The notes under the pieces were generated by a model, which searched no databases, was not told the DNA's origin, and saw nothing but the letters and a program-made list of their open reading frames with translations. From positions 82,381 through 146,380 of the forward strand of contig CAZGNC010000002.1 in NCBI GenBank assembly GCA_964527235.1: DNA of 64,000 nt, in the 5' to 3' direction. This stretch comes from an uncultured Candidatus Saccharibacteria bacterium. GTDB taxonomy: Bacteria > Patescibacteriota > Minisyncoccia > Phycocordibacterales > UBA9973. Shown one piece after another: positions 9,745 to 19,840 of the stretch (positions are counted from its first letter, which is position 1; each line of letters opens with the position of its first letter). A program made the translations under genes and the position numbers.

Positions 9745-10938
9745 TTATTTTATTTTAATAAAACGATGTTTGCCAACTTTATAAACATGACCCTTCACAA
9801 CCACGTCGCTCTCTGTTATTTTCTTATTATCGGTTAGATCAGTCACCGCCCCTGCTTTTAAAAGTCTAAAGGCTTCTCCCTTAGAGCTAACCAACCCAGC
9901 ATTAAGTAATATCGGGGCTATGACACCACTCCCCTCTATTTCTTCTACTTCGTCGGGGACCTCTTTCTTTTGAAATTTTCCATTGAAATCTAGCTCAGCC
10001 TTACTTGCTTCTTTTTCTCCGTAAAATATTTTTGTAATTTCTTGCGCCAGTTTTAGTTTGAAATCTCGAGGATTAGCACCACTACTCATCGCATTTGCCA
10101 TTGCGCTTATTTCTTCCATCGACAAATCTGTGATTATCTCGAAGCCAGGAATAATCAACCCGTCACTCCAACTCATAACCTTGCCAAACATTTCTTTCGC
10201 ATCTTGATTAAGAGCAACCATGTTGTTTTCAGTTTTGCCCATTTTCTGGCCAGAAGAATCCGTTAGAAGCTTGGTTGCTATGACAAACTTTTCTTTATTT
10301 TTGATAGATTTCATCAAGTCGCGACCTACAAGCATGTTGAATGTTTGGTCATTTCCTCCTATCTCGCCGTCTACATCCATCTCAACAGAATCTATCCCCT
10401 GCATTAATGGATACAAAAACTCGTGAATATAAATTGGCTTATTTTCTTCAATGCGTCGCGCAAACATGTCCCTCTTGAGCATCTGCTCAACTGTCATTAA
10501 AGAAGTAAATTCAAGAACATCATTAAACTTTTTCTTCGCCAACCATTTGGAGTTAAATTTAAATTCAGCTTTGTTTGCCCCAGAAAAAGAAATAATTTTT
10601 GAAGCTTGTTTTTTATACTCTTTAAGATTCTGGATCACTTCTTTATGGGAGAGTTTTTTACGAGTAGCCATTTTATCTGTCGGGTCGCCAACCATTGCAG
10701 TAAAATCCCCCATAAGCAAAATTATCTTGTGGCCAAGCTTTTGAAACTTGCTAAGTCTTAGTAGTGGAATAACATGCCCCAAGTGTAAAGTTGGCCCAGT
10801 CGGATCAATGCCCAAATAAAGGGTCAGGCTTTCACCTTTCATCATTTTAGATTTTAAAAATTCGCGACTTGGAAAAATATTCTCAATTCCACGACTCAAC
10901 AATTCATCTATCTTTTTTTCATCTGTTACCACTTTCAT
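9745..10938 (-). CDS. tyrS: Tyrosyl-tRNA synthetase
   Basis: Class I HIGH motif (GIDPTGPTLHLGHVIPL), KMSKS variant KMGKT, and a C-terminal S4-like domain; 397 aa. Confidence 0.8.
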   Translation of the reverse strand: MKVVTDEKKIDELLSRGIENIFPSREFLKSKMMKGESLTLYLGIDPTGPTLHLGHVIPLLRLSKFQKLGHKIILLMGDFTAMVGDPTDKMATRKKLSHKEVIQNLKEYKKQASKIISFSGANKAEFKFNSKWLAKKKFNDVLEFTSLMTVEQMLKRDMFARRIEENKPIYIHEFLYPLMQGIDSVEMDVDGEIGGNDQTFNMLVGRDLMKSIKNKEKFVIATKLLTDSSGQKMGKTENNMVALNQDAKEMFGKVMSWSDGLIIPGFEIITDLSMEEISAMANAMSSGANPRDFKLKLAQEITKIFYGEKEASKAELDFNGKFQKKEVPDEVEEIEGSGVIAPILLNAGLVSSKGEAFRLLKAGAVTDLTDNKKITESDVVVKGHVYKVGKHRFIKIK

Positions 10939-10977
10939 AACTCCAATAATAGCATATTTTCTGCTATAATCATCTTA

Positions 10978-13518
10978 ATGAAAAGAATACTAAAACACCT
11001 CAAACACGCCCGCAATAATAGGCATTTCTGGAAAAACATAGCCTTCCTGGCATTGGGCGGTTTTATTTTTTTAACCAGTCTGGGAATGCTATGGTTTTCT
11101 TCACTTAAAATTCCCGATTTCAGCTCTCTGGCTGACCGAAAGGTTATAAACTCTACAAAAATATACGATAGAACTGGAGAAATTTTACTTTTCGACATCC
11201 ACCAAGATGTCAAAAGGACAAACGTTGCATTCGAAGACATGGGAGCAAATATCAAGAATGCGACCGTGGCAATAGAAGATGCAGAATTCTACAACCATGG
11301 GGGTATAAAATTCAGCTCTATTATAAGAGCAATCATAGCGAACCTAACATCAACGTCTAGCACTCAGGGAGGATCCACCATAACCCAGCAGTTAGTAAAA
11401 AACACACTCCTAACTCAAAAAAGGACATACACTCGTAAAATAAAAGAATGGGTATTGGCCATAAAGGTTGACCGCTCTATGCCGAAAGATAAAATCTTAG
11501 AATACTATCTCAACGAAGCTCCTTATGGAGGTGCTATCTATGGCATAGAGGAAGCTTCTAAGAGTTATTTCAACAAGAAATCATACGACCTAACTCTAGC
11601 AGAAGCAGCTTACCTAGCTGCAGTACCTCAATCCCCTACCATGCTTTCTCCTTATGGTAAAAATGTCACCAAGCTTGAAGACAGAAAAAACTTAGTACTA
11701 TCTAGAATGAAACAACTCGGCTTCATAACCGAAGAAGAATACAAGTCCGCCAAAGCAGAGAAGGTAGAATTTGTTTCTCAACAAGTTGGTGGCATTAAGG
11801 CACCCCATTTTGTATTTTTCATAAGAGATTACTTAGAACAAAAATACGGAAGCGAGTTGGTTGAGAATGGGGGTCTTAAAGTTATAACTACTCTGGACTA
11901 CACACTTCAAGAAAAAGGTGAACAAATAACCAAAGACGGAGCCCTAAAAAACGAAAAGGACTGGAATGGAGAAAATGCGGGCTTGGTTGCGATAGACCCT
12001 AAAACTGGCCAGATATTAACAATGGTAGGGTCACGCGACTACTTTGATAAAGAAATAGACGGCAACTATAACATAGCTACAGCTACCCGTCAGCCTGGAT
12101 CTTCTTTTAAGCCTTTTATATACGCTACTGCGTTTAATAAAGGCTTTACTCCTGAGACAGTTCTGTTCGACCTACCAACAGAATTTTCAACAACCTGTGA
12201 TGTCTATGGTAAGGCTCTGCCGGGACGTAGTCAGAGTACTTGCTATAAGCCTGACAACTACGACAACATGAATCGTGGGCCTATGAGTCTTCGTAGTGCT
12301 CTCGCAGAATCTATAAACGTGCCTGCAGTTAAACTTTTCTATCTAGTCGGCTTAAGAGACGCTCTAAAAACAGCAGAGGAGATGGGTATTAGCACCCTAA
12401 CAGATATAGGTAGATATGGATTAACCCTAGTTATCGGAGGTGGAGAAGTATCTTTACTTGATATGACTTCAGCTTATGGAGTATTCGCAAACAGTGGCAT
12501 TCGAAACCCTTATACAGGAATTCTTAGAGTAGAAGACAAAAATGGAAACGTCTTAGAAGAATTCAAAGATAAATCTAGGGAAGTTCTTCCTAAGAATTCA
12601 GCATTAACTATTTCAGATATTCTCTCTGATAACGTAGCTAGAACACCAACATTCGGCGCTAACTCATTATTGAAAATTGGAAGCAATGACGTAGCAGTAA
12701 AAACCGGTACCACCAACAGCAATCGAGATGCTTGGACTGTAGGATACACTCCATCTGTAGTAGTAGGAGTATGGGCTGGAAATAACGACAACACCCCGAT
12801 GAGAAAGGGTGGTAGTGCGCTGGCTGGACCTATTTGGAATAAATTTATGGTTGAAGCCCTTAAAGTTATGCCAAATGAAAAATTTGAGAAACCAAATACC
12901 GAAACAGATCCAGAAAAATTAAAACCAGTACTACGAGGTTATTGGATGGGAAACGAAAGTTTCTTTATTGATAAAATATCAGGAAAACTAGCCAATGAAA
13001 GCACCCCAGATGAAACTAAACAAGAAAAAGTTATAACTAATGTTCACAGTATTCTTTATTGGGTTGATAGAAATGACATATTAGGAGCTCCACCTAAAGA
13101 CCCTGAGGACGACGCTCAGTTCAAACACTGGGAAGTTCCAATACAAAACTGGTGGGCGCAAAACAGTTCCAAGTATCCAAGAGTTACTTTGAGCGATAAA
13201 CCTAGCGAAGAAGACGATATACACAACAATGAGTCTTTCCAGCCAAAAGTTACTGTTCTTGAACCTAGTGAGGTTAAGAAATACAAAGAGAATCAACGCA
13301 TCTATCTCAAGATAGATAGTAAAAGCCACTTCCCTCTACAAAAAATGGATATATTTATAAATGACGCTTATATATCAACTTCCCAAGCACCATTTAATTT
13401 CTCATTTATCCCAGTGGATATTTCTGATATAAAAACAGAGAACGAGTTGAAAATAATATATTACGACACTGCTTACAATAAGGGTGAGGTTTCTTCTACA
13501 TTTAAGGTAGAAGAATAA
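10978..13518 (+). CDS. Class A penicillin-binding protein (transglycosylase plus transpeptidase, PBP1A-like) with a long C-terminal extension
   Basis: GT51 motifs EDAEFYNHGGI and TITQQLVKN; transpeptidase motifs SSFKPF (SxxK), SxN and KTGTT. N-terminal membrane anchor. Confidence 0.9.
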   Translation: MKRILKHLKHARNNRHFWKNIAFLALGGFIFLTSLGMLWFSSLKIPDFSSLADRKVINSTKIYDRTGEILLFDIHQDVKRTNVAFEDMGANIKNATVAIEDAEFYNHGGIKFSSIIRAIIANLTSTSSTQGGSTITQQLVKNTLLTQKRTYTRKIKEWVLAIKVDRSMPKDKILEYYLNEAPYGGAIYGIEEASKSYFNKKSYDLTLAEAAYLAAVPQSPTMLSPYGKNVTKLEDRKNLVLSRMKQLGFITEEEYKSAKAEKVEFVSQQVGGIKAPHFVFFIRDYLEQKYGSELVENGGLKVITTLDYTLQEKGEQITKDGALKNEKDWNGENAGLVAIDPKTGQILTMVGSRDYFDKEIDGNYNIATATRQPGSSFKPFIYATAFNKGFTPETVLFDLPTEFSTTCDVYGKALPGRSQSTCYKPDNYDNMNRGPMSLRSALAESINVPAVKLFYLVGLRDALKTAEEMGISTLTDIGRYGLTLVIGGGEVSLLDMTSAYGVFANSGIRNPYTGILRVEDKNGNVLEEFKDKSREVLPKNSALTISDILSDNVARTPTFGANSLLKIGSNDVAVKTGTTNSNRDAWTVGYTPSVVVGVWAGNNDNTPMRKGGSALAGPIWNKFMVEALKVMPNEKFEKPNTETDPEKLKPVLRGYWMGNESFFIDKISGKLANESTPDETKQEKVITNVHSILYWVDRNDILGAPPKDPEDDAQFKHWEVPIQNWWAQNSSKYPRVTLSDKPSEEDDIHNNESFQPKVTVLEPSEVKKYKENQRIYLKIDSKSHFPLQKMDIFINDAYISTSQAPFNFSFIPVDISDIKTENELKIIYYDTAYNKGEVSSTFKVEE

Positions 13519-13520
13519 AT

Positions 13521-13778
13521 CTATCGGATATCGTGTGGGGTTCTTTCTCCTAAGTACTCGCGTATCTTTAAAAATATTTTTTCTTTCTTTATGAGAATTT
13601 CGTTCTTATAAATTGGTTTCGCATCTAAGAAAATAGTTCCATTTTTAACTTTTACATCTTTGGGTTCTAATGGTAGGCCTATGACTTCAGTTATGGCACG
13701 TCGAACAGACTCACCCTTAAGTTCTTCTCCAGCTAGAAGATTACCAAATCTACTCAGAAGATCTTTAATCTCTATCAT
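13521..13778 (-). CDS. DUF721/DciA-like small protein
   Basis: 85 aa ending ...GTIFLDAKPIYKNEILIKKEKIFLKIREYLGERTPHDIR, which follows the DUF721 pattern (..L.V..dspvwaqeL.flk..ll.kln..lG....dIr). It sits immediately downstream of dnaN, the canonical genomic position. Confidence 0.5.
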   Translation of the reverse strand: MIEIKDLLSRFGNLLAGEELKGESVRRAITEVIGLPLEPKDVKVKNGTIFLDAKPIYKNEILIKKEKIFLKIREYLGERTPHDIR

Positions 13779-14872
13779 CGATTCATTGGCATTATTAGGT
13801 AAGTAAACGAGCTATCAGACACAGGAGAAACAACCATTGGTTTAGAAGCTTGGTTGAGCCTTATAGACACACTATCGGTGTTTATAGATTGAAAACAATC
13901 CATAAAATATTTATGACTGAAACTAAGATCCATGTCTTCCCCTTTTAGGGTTGCATCTAGTTGGGTTTTATTTTCTCCAACATCATTGTTCTGTGAAGAA
14001 AGTTCAAATATTTTATCTTTTGGTTTAATAGAAAAGTTAACTTGATTAAATTTATCTGAAAATATATTGGAGAGTTTTAAAGCGTTTAAAAGATCTTGCT
14101 TGAGAACAACTATCTCAGTATTAAATTCTTTAGGAATAATCTGACGATAATCAGGAAACAATCCGTCTATGACTCGAGAAGTTAGGTAAACACTATCTGA
14201 TGAGAAAGATATCTGGTTTTTATTAAAACAAACCTTTATATCTTCATCATATTCGCCAAATACCCTCAGTATCTCAGGTATATTCTTAAAGGGTATCAAA
14301 ACCCCCATAACTTCTTCCATCCTCTTAATCTTAACCTTCTTCTCAGCTAGCCTAAATGAATCAGTAGAAACAAATACTAAATTATCCCCTTCTGAATACA
14401 TATAAACACTAGATATCTCTGGCTTTATATCAGAAACCGAGGAACTGTAATAAACAGACTTTATACCATCCATTAATTTCTTAGCTTCTATCTCAAATGC
14501 AGTACCCTCAACCATAGGAATAGTTGGGAAATCTTCACTTGGTTGTCCTTTTAGCTTTATTTTATTCTTCTTGGTTTTAATTAAAATATTTCCTTCATCA
14601 CCCTCTATTAATATATTCTCGTTTTTAAAGACATTAGAGAATATACCTGACAATACAGAGCCTGAGACCGCCGCTACGCCTTCTTTTTCAACTTTAGCTG
14701 GTACCTCTACCTCAATACCTAAACTAAGGTTTGTGGCACGAATTTTGAGCGATTTACTAGAAGCTATGAGTAGTATAGAGTTCAGTACTGGCAGAGTTAA
14801 ATTCTTCCCTGTTATCCTTTCTGCTTTATAGATTGCTTCTTTGATTTTTTCAACACTACACTCTAGTTTCAT
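13775..14872 (-). CDS. dnaN: DNA polymerase III beta sliding clamp
   Basis: 365 aa with a typical DnaN N-terminus (MKLECSVEKIKEAIYKAERITGKNLTLPVLNSILLIAS) and three-domain length. Confidence 0.9.
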   Translation of the reverse strand: MKLECSVEKIKEAIYKAERITGKNLTLPVLNSILLIASSKSLKIRATNLSLGIEVEVPAKVEKEGVAAVSGSVLSGIFSNVFKNENILIEGDEGNILIKTKKNKIKLKGQPSEDFPTIPMVEGTAFEIEAKKLMDGIKSVYYSSSVSDIKPEISSVYMYSEGDNLVFVSTDSFRLAEKKVKIKRMEEVMGVLIPFKNIPEILRVFGEYDEDIKVCFNKNQISFSSDSVYLTSRVIDGLFPDYRQIIPKEFNTEIVVLKQDLLNALKLSNIFSDKFNQVNFSIKPKDKIFELSSQNNDVGENKTQLDATLKGEDMDLSFSHKYFMDCFQSINTDSVSIRLNQASKPMVVSPVSDSSFTYLIMPMNR

Positions 14873-15088
14873 ATGTTTATATCTTTATATATTTAAATTA
14901 TTAATACTATTAGTTGTGTGGATATGTGTATAACTTTTTCTAATCTTATTCTGTAAGGGTATTTTAATTTTTTTATATTTTTTATTTATCTAATAAATTT
15001 TGATATTTTTCAACTAACAGTGTATGTATTTATTTTCAGTGTTTTTGTTCATAAGTTATCACCAGTGTATTCCCCTACTTACCCACAG
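14873..15088. promoter_or_regulatory. Candidate oriC/DUE: extremely AT-rich dnaA-dnaN intergenic region with degenerate DnaA boxes
   Basis: Boxes seen: TGTGGATAT (14917-14925), TTACCCACA (15079-15087) and AGTTATCACCA (15054-15064). Long A/T tracts look like a DNA-unwinding element. Confidence 0.5.
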
Positions 15089-16435
15089 CTATTTGAACAT
15101 AATTCTTATCTGATCTATTTCTTGTAATAGTTGAGGATTATTTTTTAAATCAGATTTTATTTTTAAATAAGAATGAATTACTGTTGTGTGGTCCTTTCCT
15201 CCAAGTTTCTGACCTATTAAAGGGTAAGACACGTTAAAGTCCTCTCTAAGAATATACATAACTATTTGTCTTGCCTTAACTATTTCTTTTCTTCGAGTCT
15301 TTTCATAGATAGAAGATTCTTCTAGATTGTAGTAGTCACTTATTATTTTCACCACATCTTTTATGGCTACATTTTTCTTAGGTTTGATGTTGTTTTTAAG
15401 TAGGTTTTTTACCTCAGGTATAGAAAGAGGCTTATTTTTAAGGCGATATTGGCAGATTATGGTGTTTAGACTCCCCTCTAACTCACGGATGTTACCTTGG
15501 ATTGAAGAGGCTATGTACTCCATAACTTCTTGGCTTAGGTCTATTTCTAACTCATTCAACTTCATTTTTAATATTGCTAATCGAGATTCATACTCAGGCT
15601 CAGAGATATCAACAATCATACCTGCAGCAAATCTAGACTTTAGACGGTCGGCTAGTTCAGGTATGAAATTAGGGTGCTTGTCAGAAGAAAAAATAATTTG
15701 TTTATTGTTCTCGTGGAATGTGTTGAATGTATGGAACAGTTCTTCTTGGATCTTTTCCATTTTTCCTATGAATTGGATATCATCGATGATTAGAAGATCA
15801 TATTTTCGATACTTTTCTTTAAAAGAGTTTGCTTTGTTGTTCTGCAGAGAATTTATAAAGTCAGTTGCGAACTTCTCTAGGGTCATGTAATGAACCTTTT
15901 TATTTGAATGCTTTTCTTTTATAGCATTACCCACTGCCTGTATTAGGTGGGTTTTACCTAAACCAGTGCCTCCATAAATGAAGAATGGATTATATTTGGT
16001 TCCAGGGTGCTCTACAATAGCCTGGGAGGCAGCATAAGCTAATTCATTAAACCCTCCAACGATGAAAGAGTTGAATTGATATCTAGAATTAAGGTTATCT
16101 TCAGGGTTTATGTATAGATCCTTTAGAGGTAGCTCCTCCCCTGTGGTTGGGGCTACTATTTTCTGGACTTCAGGTTTACTCCCCAGATCCATTTTAGTTA
16201 TGGTGTATTCAACTGCACGCATGTTCTCATATGCGTTAGCTATGGTCTTAGTTATTAGCTTATGATATTTATTCTTAAGCCAATCTCTAACGAATTCATT
16301 AGGTACACCCACGTAGATGATCCCCGTTTCTTCCTTTAAAATGCAGGTGTTTTTAAACCAAGTGCTAAAATTAGCCTTTGAAACCCCTGCTTCTATCTCG
16401 AGTAGGCAATTTTTCCAAAGTTGTTTTGTATCCAT
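15089..16435 (-). CDS. dnaA: Chromosomal replication initiator protein DnaA
   Basis: AAA+ Walker A GGTGLGKTHL, Walker B IDDIQF, and a C-terminal DnaA-box-binding helix-turn-helix (...HTTVIHSYLKI); 448 aa. Confidence 0.95.
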   Translation of the reverse strand: MDTKQLWKNCLLEIEAGVSKANFSTWFKNTCILKEETGIIYVGVPNEFVRDWLKNKYHKLITKTIANAYENMRAVEYTITKMDLGSKPEVQKIVAPTTGEELPLKDLYINPEDNLNSRYQFNSFIVGGFNELAYAASQAIVEHPGTKYNPFFIYGGTGLGKTHLIQAVGNAIKEKHSNKKVHYMTLEKFATDFINSLQNNKANSFKEKYRKYDLLIIDDIQFIGKMEKIQEELFHTFNTFHENNKQIIFSSDKHPNFIPELADRLKSRFAAGMIVDISEPEYESRLAILKMKLNELEIDLSQEVMEYIASSIQGNIRELEGSLNTIICQYRLKNKPLSIPEVKNLLKNNIKPKKNVAIKDVVKIISDYYNLEESSIYEKTRRKEIVKARQIVMYILREDFNVSYPLIGQKLGGKDHTTVIHSYLKIKSDLKNNPQLLQEIDQIRIMFK

Positions 16436-16571
16436 CGACCTACATTATACTATCTTGTCTACTAAAGAGAACTTGTAAAAACTTATTAACTATGTTGATA
16501 AGCTGTTGATAATCTAATTACCAGGGGCGCAACTTTTGACTTTTTGGGCTTTGGCGGGTATACTCCTTGAT
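16436..16571. promoter_or_regulatory. Divergent dnaA/rpmH promoter region with two direct near-consensus DnaA boxes (TGTTGATAA at 16493-16501 and 16504-16512)
   Basis: Each box has one mismatch to TGTGGATAA. Confidence 0.4.
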
Positions 16572-16706
16572 ATGTCGCAAACATACAATCCTAAAAAGAG
16601 GAAAAGAAGCAAAGCTCATGGATTTCTAGTTAGATCTAAGAGTAAAACAGGCCGAAAGGTCCTTTTGAGAAGACAAAGAAAGGGGCGCGCGAAGCTGTCT
16701 GTATAG
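16572..16706 (+). CDS. rpmH: 50S ribosomal protein L34
   Basis: Hand translation gives [44 protein letters not shown] (44 aa). It is below the ORF-track size cutoff. Confidence 0.9.
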   Translation: MSQTYNPKKRKRSKAHGFLVRSKSKTGRKVLLRRQRKGRAKLSV

Positions 16707-16733
16707 CCTTTATTTAAGCCTTTTGGCTTTAAA

Positions 16734-17060
16734 ATGCTACCTAAAAAGAATCGGGCCAATAAAAATAAGGTAGAAAGGGTGTTCAAAGAGGGAAAATTTG
16801 TAAATTCCCCCTTTTTTAGCTTTAAATTTATATTAAATAAACAATCTAATACTAGGCAAATCTCTGTAGTAGTGCCTAAAAGTGTGTCTAAACTAGCTGT
16901 TTCCAGGAACAGGCTTAGGAGGCTAGGTTATCAAGTCTTAGAGCAATATTTAGACCTATTCCCCGCTGGTATTGAGGGGGTTTTGATGTTTAAGAGGATA
17001 AATGAGGATATTTTAGCTATAAGTAATGAAATTAAGCAGATTGCTAGTAAAATTAATTAG
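16734..17060 (+). CDS. rnpA: Ribonuclease P protein component
   Basis: 108 aa, basic, at the conserved position after rpmH; sequence matches RnpA (..KKNRANKNKVERVFKEG..). Confidence 0.85.
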   Translation: MLPKKNRANKNKVERVFKEGKFVNSPFFSFKFILNKQSNTRQISVVVPKSVSKLAVSRNRLRRLGYQVLEQYLDLFPAGIEGVLMFKRINEDILAISNEIKQIASKIN

Positions 17061-17241
17061 TTTATATCAAAAATACATTTCCGTTTTAACTAAAAGGAGC
17101 TGTGTTTTTTATCCTACATGCTCAGAATACACAAAGGAAGCCATAACTAAATATGGCACCCTAAAGGGCTCTCGTTTGGGCATTTTGCGTATTTTAAGGT
17201 GCCATCCTTGGCAAAAGGAGCATATTGACCTAGTTCCTTAG
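17026..17241 (+). CDS. yidD: Membrane protein insertion efficiency factor YidD
   Basis: CVFYPTCSEYT...RILRCHPW signature; 71 aa. Overlaps the rnpA 3' end. Confidence 0.85.
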   Translation: MKLSRLLVKLISLYQKYISVLTKRSCVFYPTCSEYTKEAITKYGTLKGSRLGILRILRCHPWQKEHIDLVP

Positions 17242-17290
17242 ATATTTATATTTTCTAGCGTTTTAGAGTGTTTTCATATAGAATGGAATA

Positions 17291-18016
17291 ATGTTGCACT
17301 ATATTTGGGATACTCTTTTATATGAACCTTTATTAAACGCCCTAGCCTTCCTGGTGTCAGTTGTCCCGGGTGGCGATGTGGGTATAGCGGTTATCTTGCT
17401 TACTATTTTAGTTAAGGTTGCCCTCTTCCCTCTTTCTCAGAGATCCATAGAAAGTCAGGCAAAGATGAACTTACTCGCCCCTGAACTTAATAAAATAAAA
17501 AATAGCGGCGCAAGTAAAGAAGAACAAGCCCGTTTAACTTTTGAATTATATAAAAAACACAAAACTAATCCTTTTTCAGGATGTTTGTTGATTTTAATTC
17601 AAATACCTATAATTTTCGCCCTGTACTATGTTTTTTATAAAGGTATTAATTTTGAAAACGGTATTTTGTATTCTTTCATCCCAACTCCAACAAATTTAAA
17701 CATGGAGTTTCTAGGAGTAATTAATTTAGCTGGAAAAAGTATCGTGCTGGCAGTATTGGCAGGTGTTTCTCAATACCTTCAAGCTCATTTTATGCCAAAA
17801 CCAAATACTTCTGGCTCTGAGACGGGTTCTTTCCAGGAGAGCTTCGCCAAGAGTATGCATGTTCAGATGAAATATTTCTTCCCAGTGGTCGTTGCTTTTA
17901 TTTCTTATGGTATTTCAGGTGCAGTTGCATTATATTGGATTACGAGTAATATCTTTGCTGTAGGGCAACAAATTTACGCAAACCATAAAAAGAAGTCCAT
18001 GGTGCTCGAACAGTAG
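17291..18016 (+). CDS. yidC: Membrane protein insertase YidC/Oxa1 (short form)
   Basis: 241 aa, multi-TM, in the conserved rnpA-yidD-yidC-jag synteny. Confidence 0.85.
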   Translation: MLHYIWDTLLYEPLLNALAFLVSVVPGGDVGIAVILLTILVKVALFPLSQRSIESQAKMNLLAPELNKIKNSGASKEEQARLTFELYKKHKTNPFSGCLLILIQIPIIFALYYVFYKGINFENGILYSFIPTPTNLNMEFLGVINLAGKSIVLAVLAGVSQYLQAHFMPKPNTSGSETGSFQESFAKSMHVQMKYFFPVVVAFISYGISGAVALYWITSNIFAVGQQIYANHKKKSMVLEQ

Positions 18017-18028
18017 CCTAAAACCCTT

Positions 18029-18508
18029 ATGAATAAAGCAGAAATAAGCAATTTAATAAAAGAACTTATTGAGAAGACCTCTGTGTCAGTAAGTAATATT
18101 TCTGTGAATGAAGATGGTGGTAAAACAACCTGGTTTTCTGTTGAAGTTGATAACCCTAACCTATTTTGTGGTCGTGGTGGTGAGGCTCTCTCTGCGCTTA
18201 ACCATGTTGTTAGGAAAATAATTGAAGGAAAAAATTTCGCTGATCAATCACAAGGCAGAGAAGAATTTCGCATCCTCGTAGACATAAATGATTTTCAGAA
18301 AAAGAAAGTAGATAGCGTAAAGGCTACTGCTCACATGATGGCAGAGCGTGCACGATACTTTAAATCAAACATAGAAATTGATCCGATGTCTGCTTTTGAG
18401 CGTCGAGTTATACATGAATTTCTTTCTGATGCTACAGATATAAAGACTGAATCAATGGGTGAAGGACCTACTCGCAGAGTAGTTATAAAATACGTCGGGC
18501 AGATTTAG
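18029..18508 (+). CDS. jag: Jag/KhpB RNA-binding protein (KH plus R3H)
   Basis: C-terminal R3H motif (ERRVIHEFL) and synteny after yidC. Confidence 0.8.
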   Translation: MNKAEISNLIKELIEKTSVSVSNISVNEDGGKTTWFSVEVDNPNLFCGRGGEALSALNHVVRKIIEGKNFADQSQGREEFRILVDINDFQKKKVDSVKATAHMMAERARYFKSNIEIDPMSAFERRVIHEFLSDATDIKTESMGEGPTRRVVIKYVGQI

Positions 18509-18513
18509 TTTGG

Positions 18514-19833
18514 CTACTTGAGCTTGAGCTCCCAGAGATGGGAGTCTTTTTTGTTTATAAAGAAAAGATAATTTTCATCCTGGTCTAGTGCGAGCTTGAT
18601 GTTGTCCATGTCTTCTATCCCCTTACCTGAGCTCATGTCGGAAATTATCGATCCTGTTTGCGTTGCAACGTCGATTTTCCAGATTTCATCTGAGAAAGAA
18701 ATTTTACCCATATACCATGCATCTGGGTAAGATGCACCCTCTATGTATTTAGGAACAGAGCAATATATATAGTCACTAGAATTACTCCAGACACATTTTT
18801 CTGGAAGAGTTTTTATTCCTAGAGTGCTTGAGGTTTTGGTATTAATATTAAAAATCTCAAGAGATAAGCTGCTGTCGGTCCAGAGGACTAATTTGCCTGA
18901 AGGGCTGGTTAACGTCGTAAGGCCGTTGATATCCCCTATAACTCTATTGAAGTCTTTTCTGGTGAGATTTATGGCATACATATATCCTAAGACAGACGAG
19001 GAGGGCTTGGTGGTAAGGGTGATGAGATCTTTGTTTGGCCATTGAGATAACCACTCAGTGAACGGGCTGTCGAACACCTGCACTTTTTTATCTCCTAGTA
19101 GCCCTGATGTTGAGCCTATCGCGTTCTCGCCCACGTTTAATAAGTAGAAAATTTGGGATTTATCGGGAGATATACTCATGTCTGTGATGTTGTCAGATAG
19201 AAATGTGCCAGTTACTTCTTTGTCCCCGGTTGTGGTGTCGTTTATAGTTTCTTTAGGTATGTTGCCAGAGAAAGAAAGAATCGTCACATCATCATATTTA
19301 GTAGATCGCATGACTACTGACTCAGTGTTTACCCCGAAGAAAGCTTCTTGCACCCTAGGTACAAGAGTTTTAGATAATTTCTGCTCTTCTATTTTGTCAG
19401 CAAAAGATTGGTATATGTTTCCGGTAGCTTTTTCAACATACCTTACTGCCAGAGCAAACTCCGTGGATATAGAGCCACTTGTTGGTGTAGTAGAGCCTGA
19501 GGTTGTTGTGTCAGTGCTCGGTGCAAAGACTACATCAGTGATTCTTTCTTTGGAAAAAAGTCCAAAACCAGCTACGGGCATGCTGGAGATCATTCTTAGA
19601 TTGGTCTCTGTGCCTGTGTACGTAGGTGTTTCTTCTTCACCTTCAGGGGTTGCCCCATTTCCGTTTGGAGTTGTGGTCGTTGGGTTTTTCTTGAATGGGT
19701 TAAATTTAACAAGGAAATTAGTAGGTGTCGTCGCCCCTCCAGTGTTATTGTCTTTACGGAAATAAATAAAAGCAAAAACTCCAGCGACTATGATTAATAT
19801 TATTATAAATAGTATTGTGTTTCTTTTTGACAT
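18514..19833 (-). CDS. Membrane-anchored Thr-rich extracytoplasmic protein, hypothetical (beta-rich or propeller-like)
   Basis: N-terminal TM (ILFIIILIIVAGVFAFIYF), a Thr/Gly-rich linker, then about 330 aa of beta-rich sequence. It is the last gene of the long minus-strand array. Confidence 0.6.
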   Translation of the reverse strand: MSKRNTILFIIILIIVAGVFAFIYFRKDNNTGGATTPTNFLVKFNPFKKNPTTTTPNGNGATPEGEEETPTYTGTETNLRMISSMPVAGFGLFSKERITDVVFAPSTDTTTSGSTTPTSGSISTEFALAVRYVEKATGNIYQSFADKIEEQKLSKTLVPRVQEAFFGVNTESVVMRSTKYDDVTILSFSGNIPKETINDTTTGDKEVTGTFLSDNITDMSISPDKSQIFYLLNVGENAIGSTSGLLGDKKVQVFDSPFTEWLSQWPNKDLITLTTKPSSSVLGYMYAINLTRKDFNRVIGDINGLTTLTSPSGKLVLWTDSSLSLEIFNINTKTSSTLGIKTLPEKCVWSNSSDYIYCSVPKYIEGASYPDAWYMGKISFSDEIWKIDVATQTGSIISDMSSGKGIEDMDNIKLALDQDENYLFFINKKDSHLWELKLK

Positions 19834-19840
19834 AAAATTA

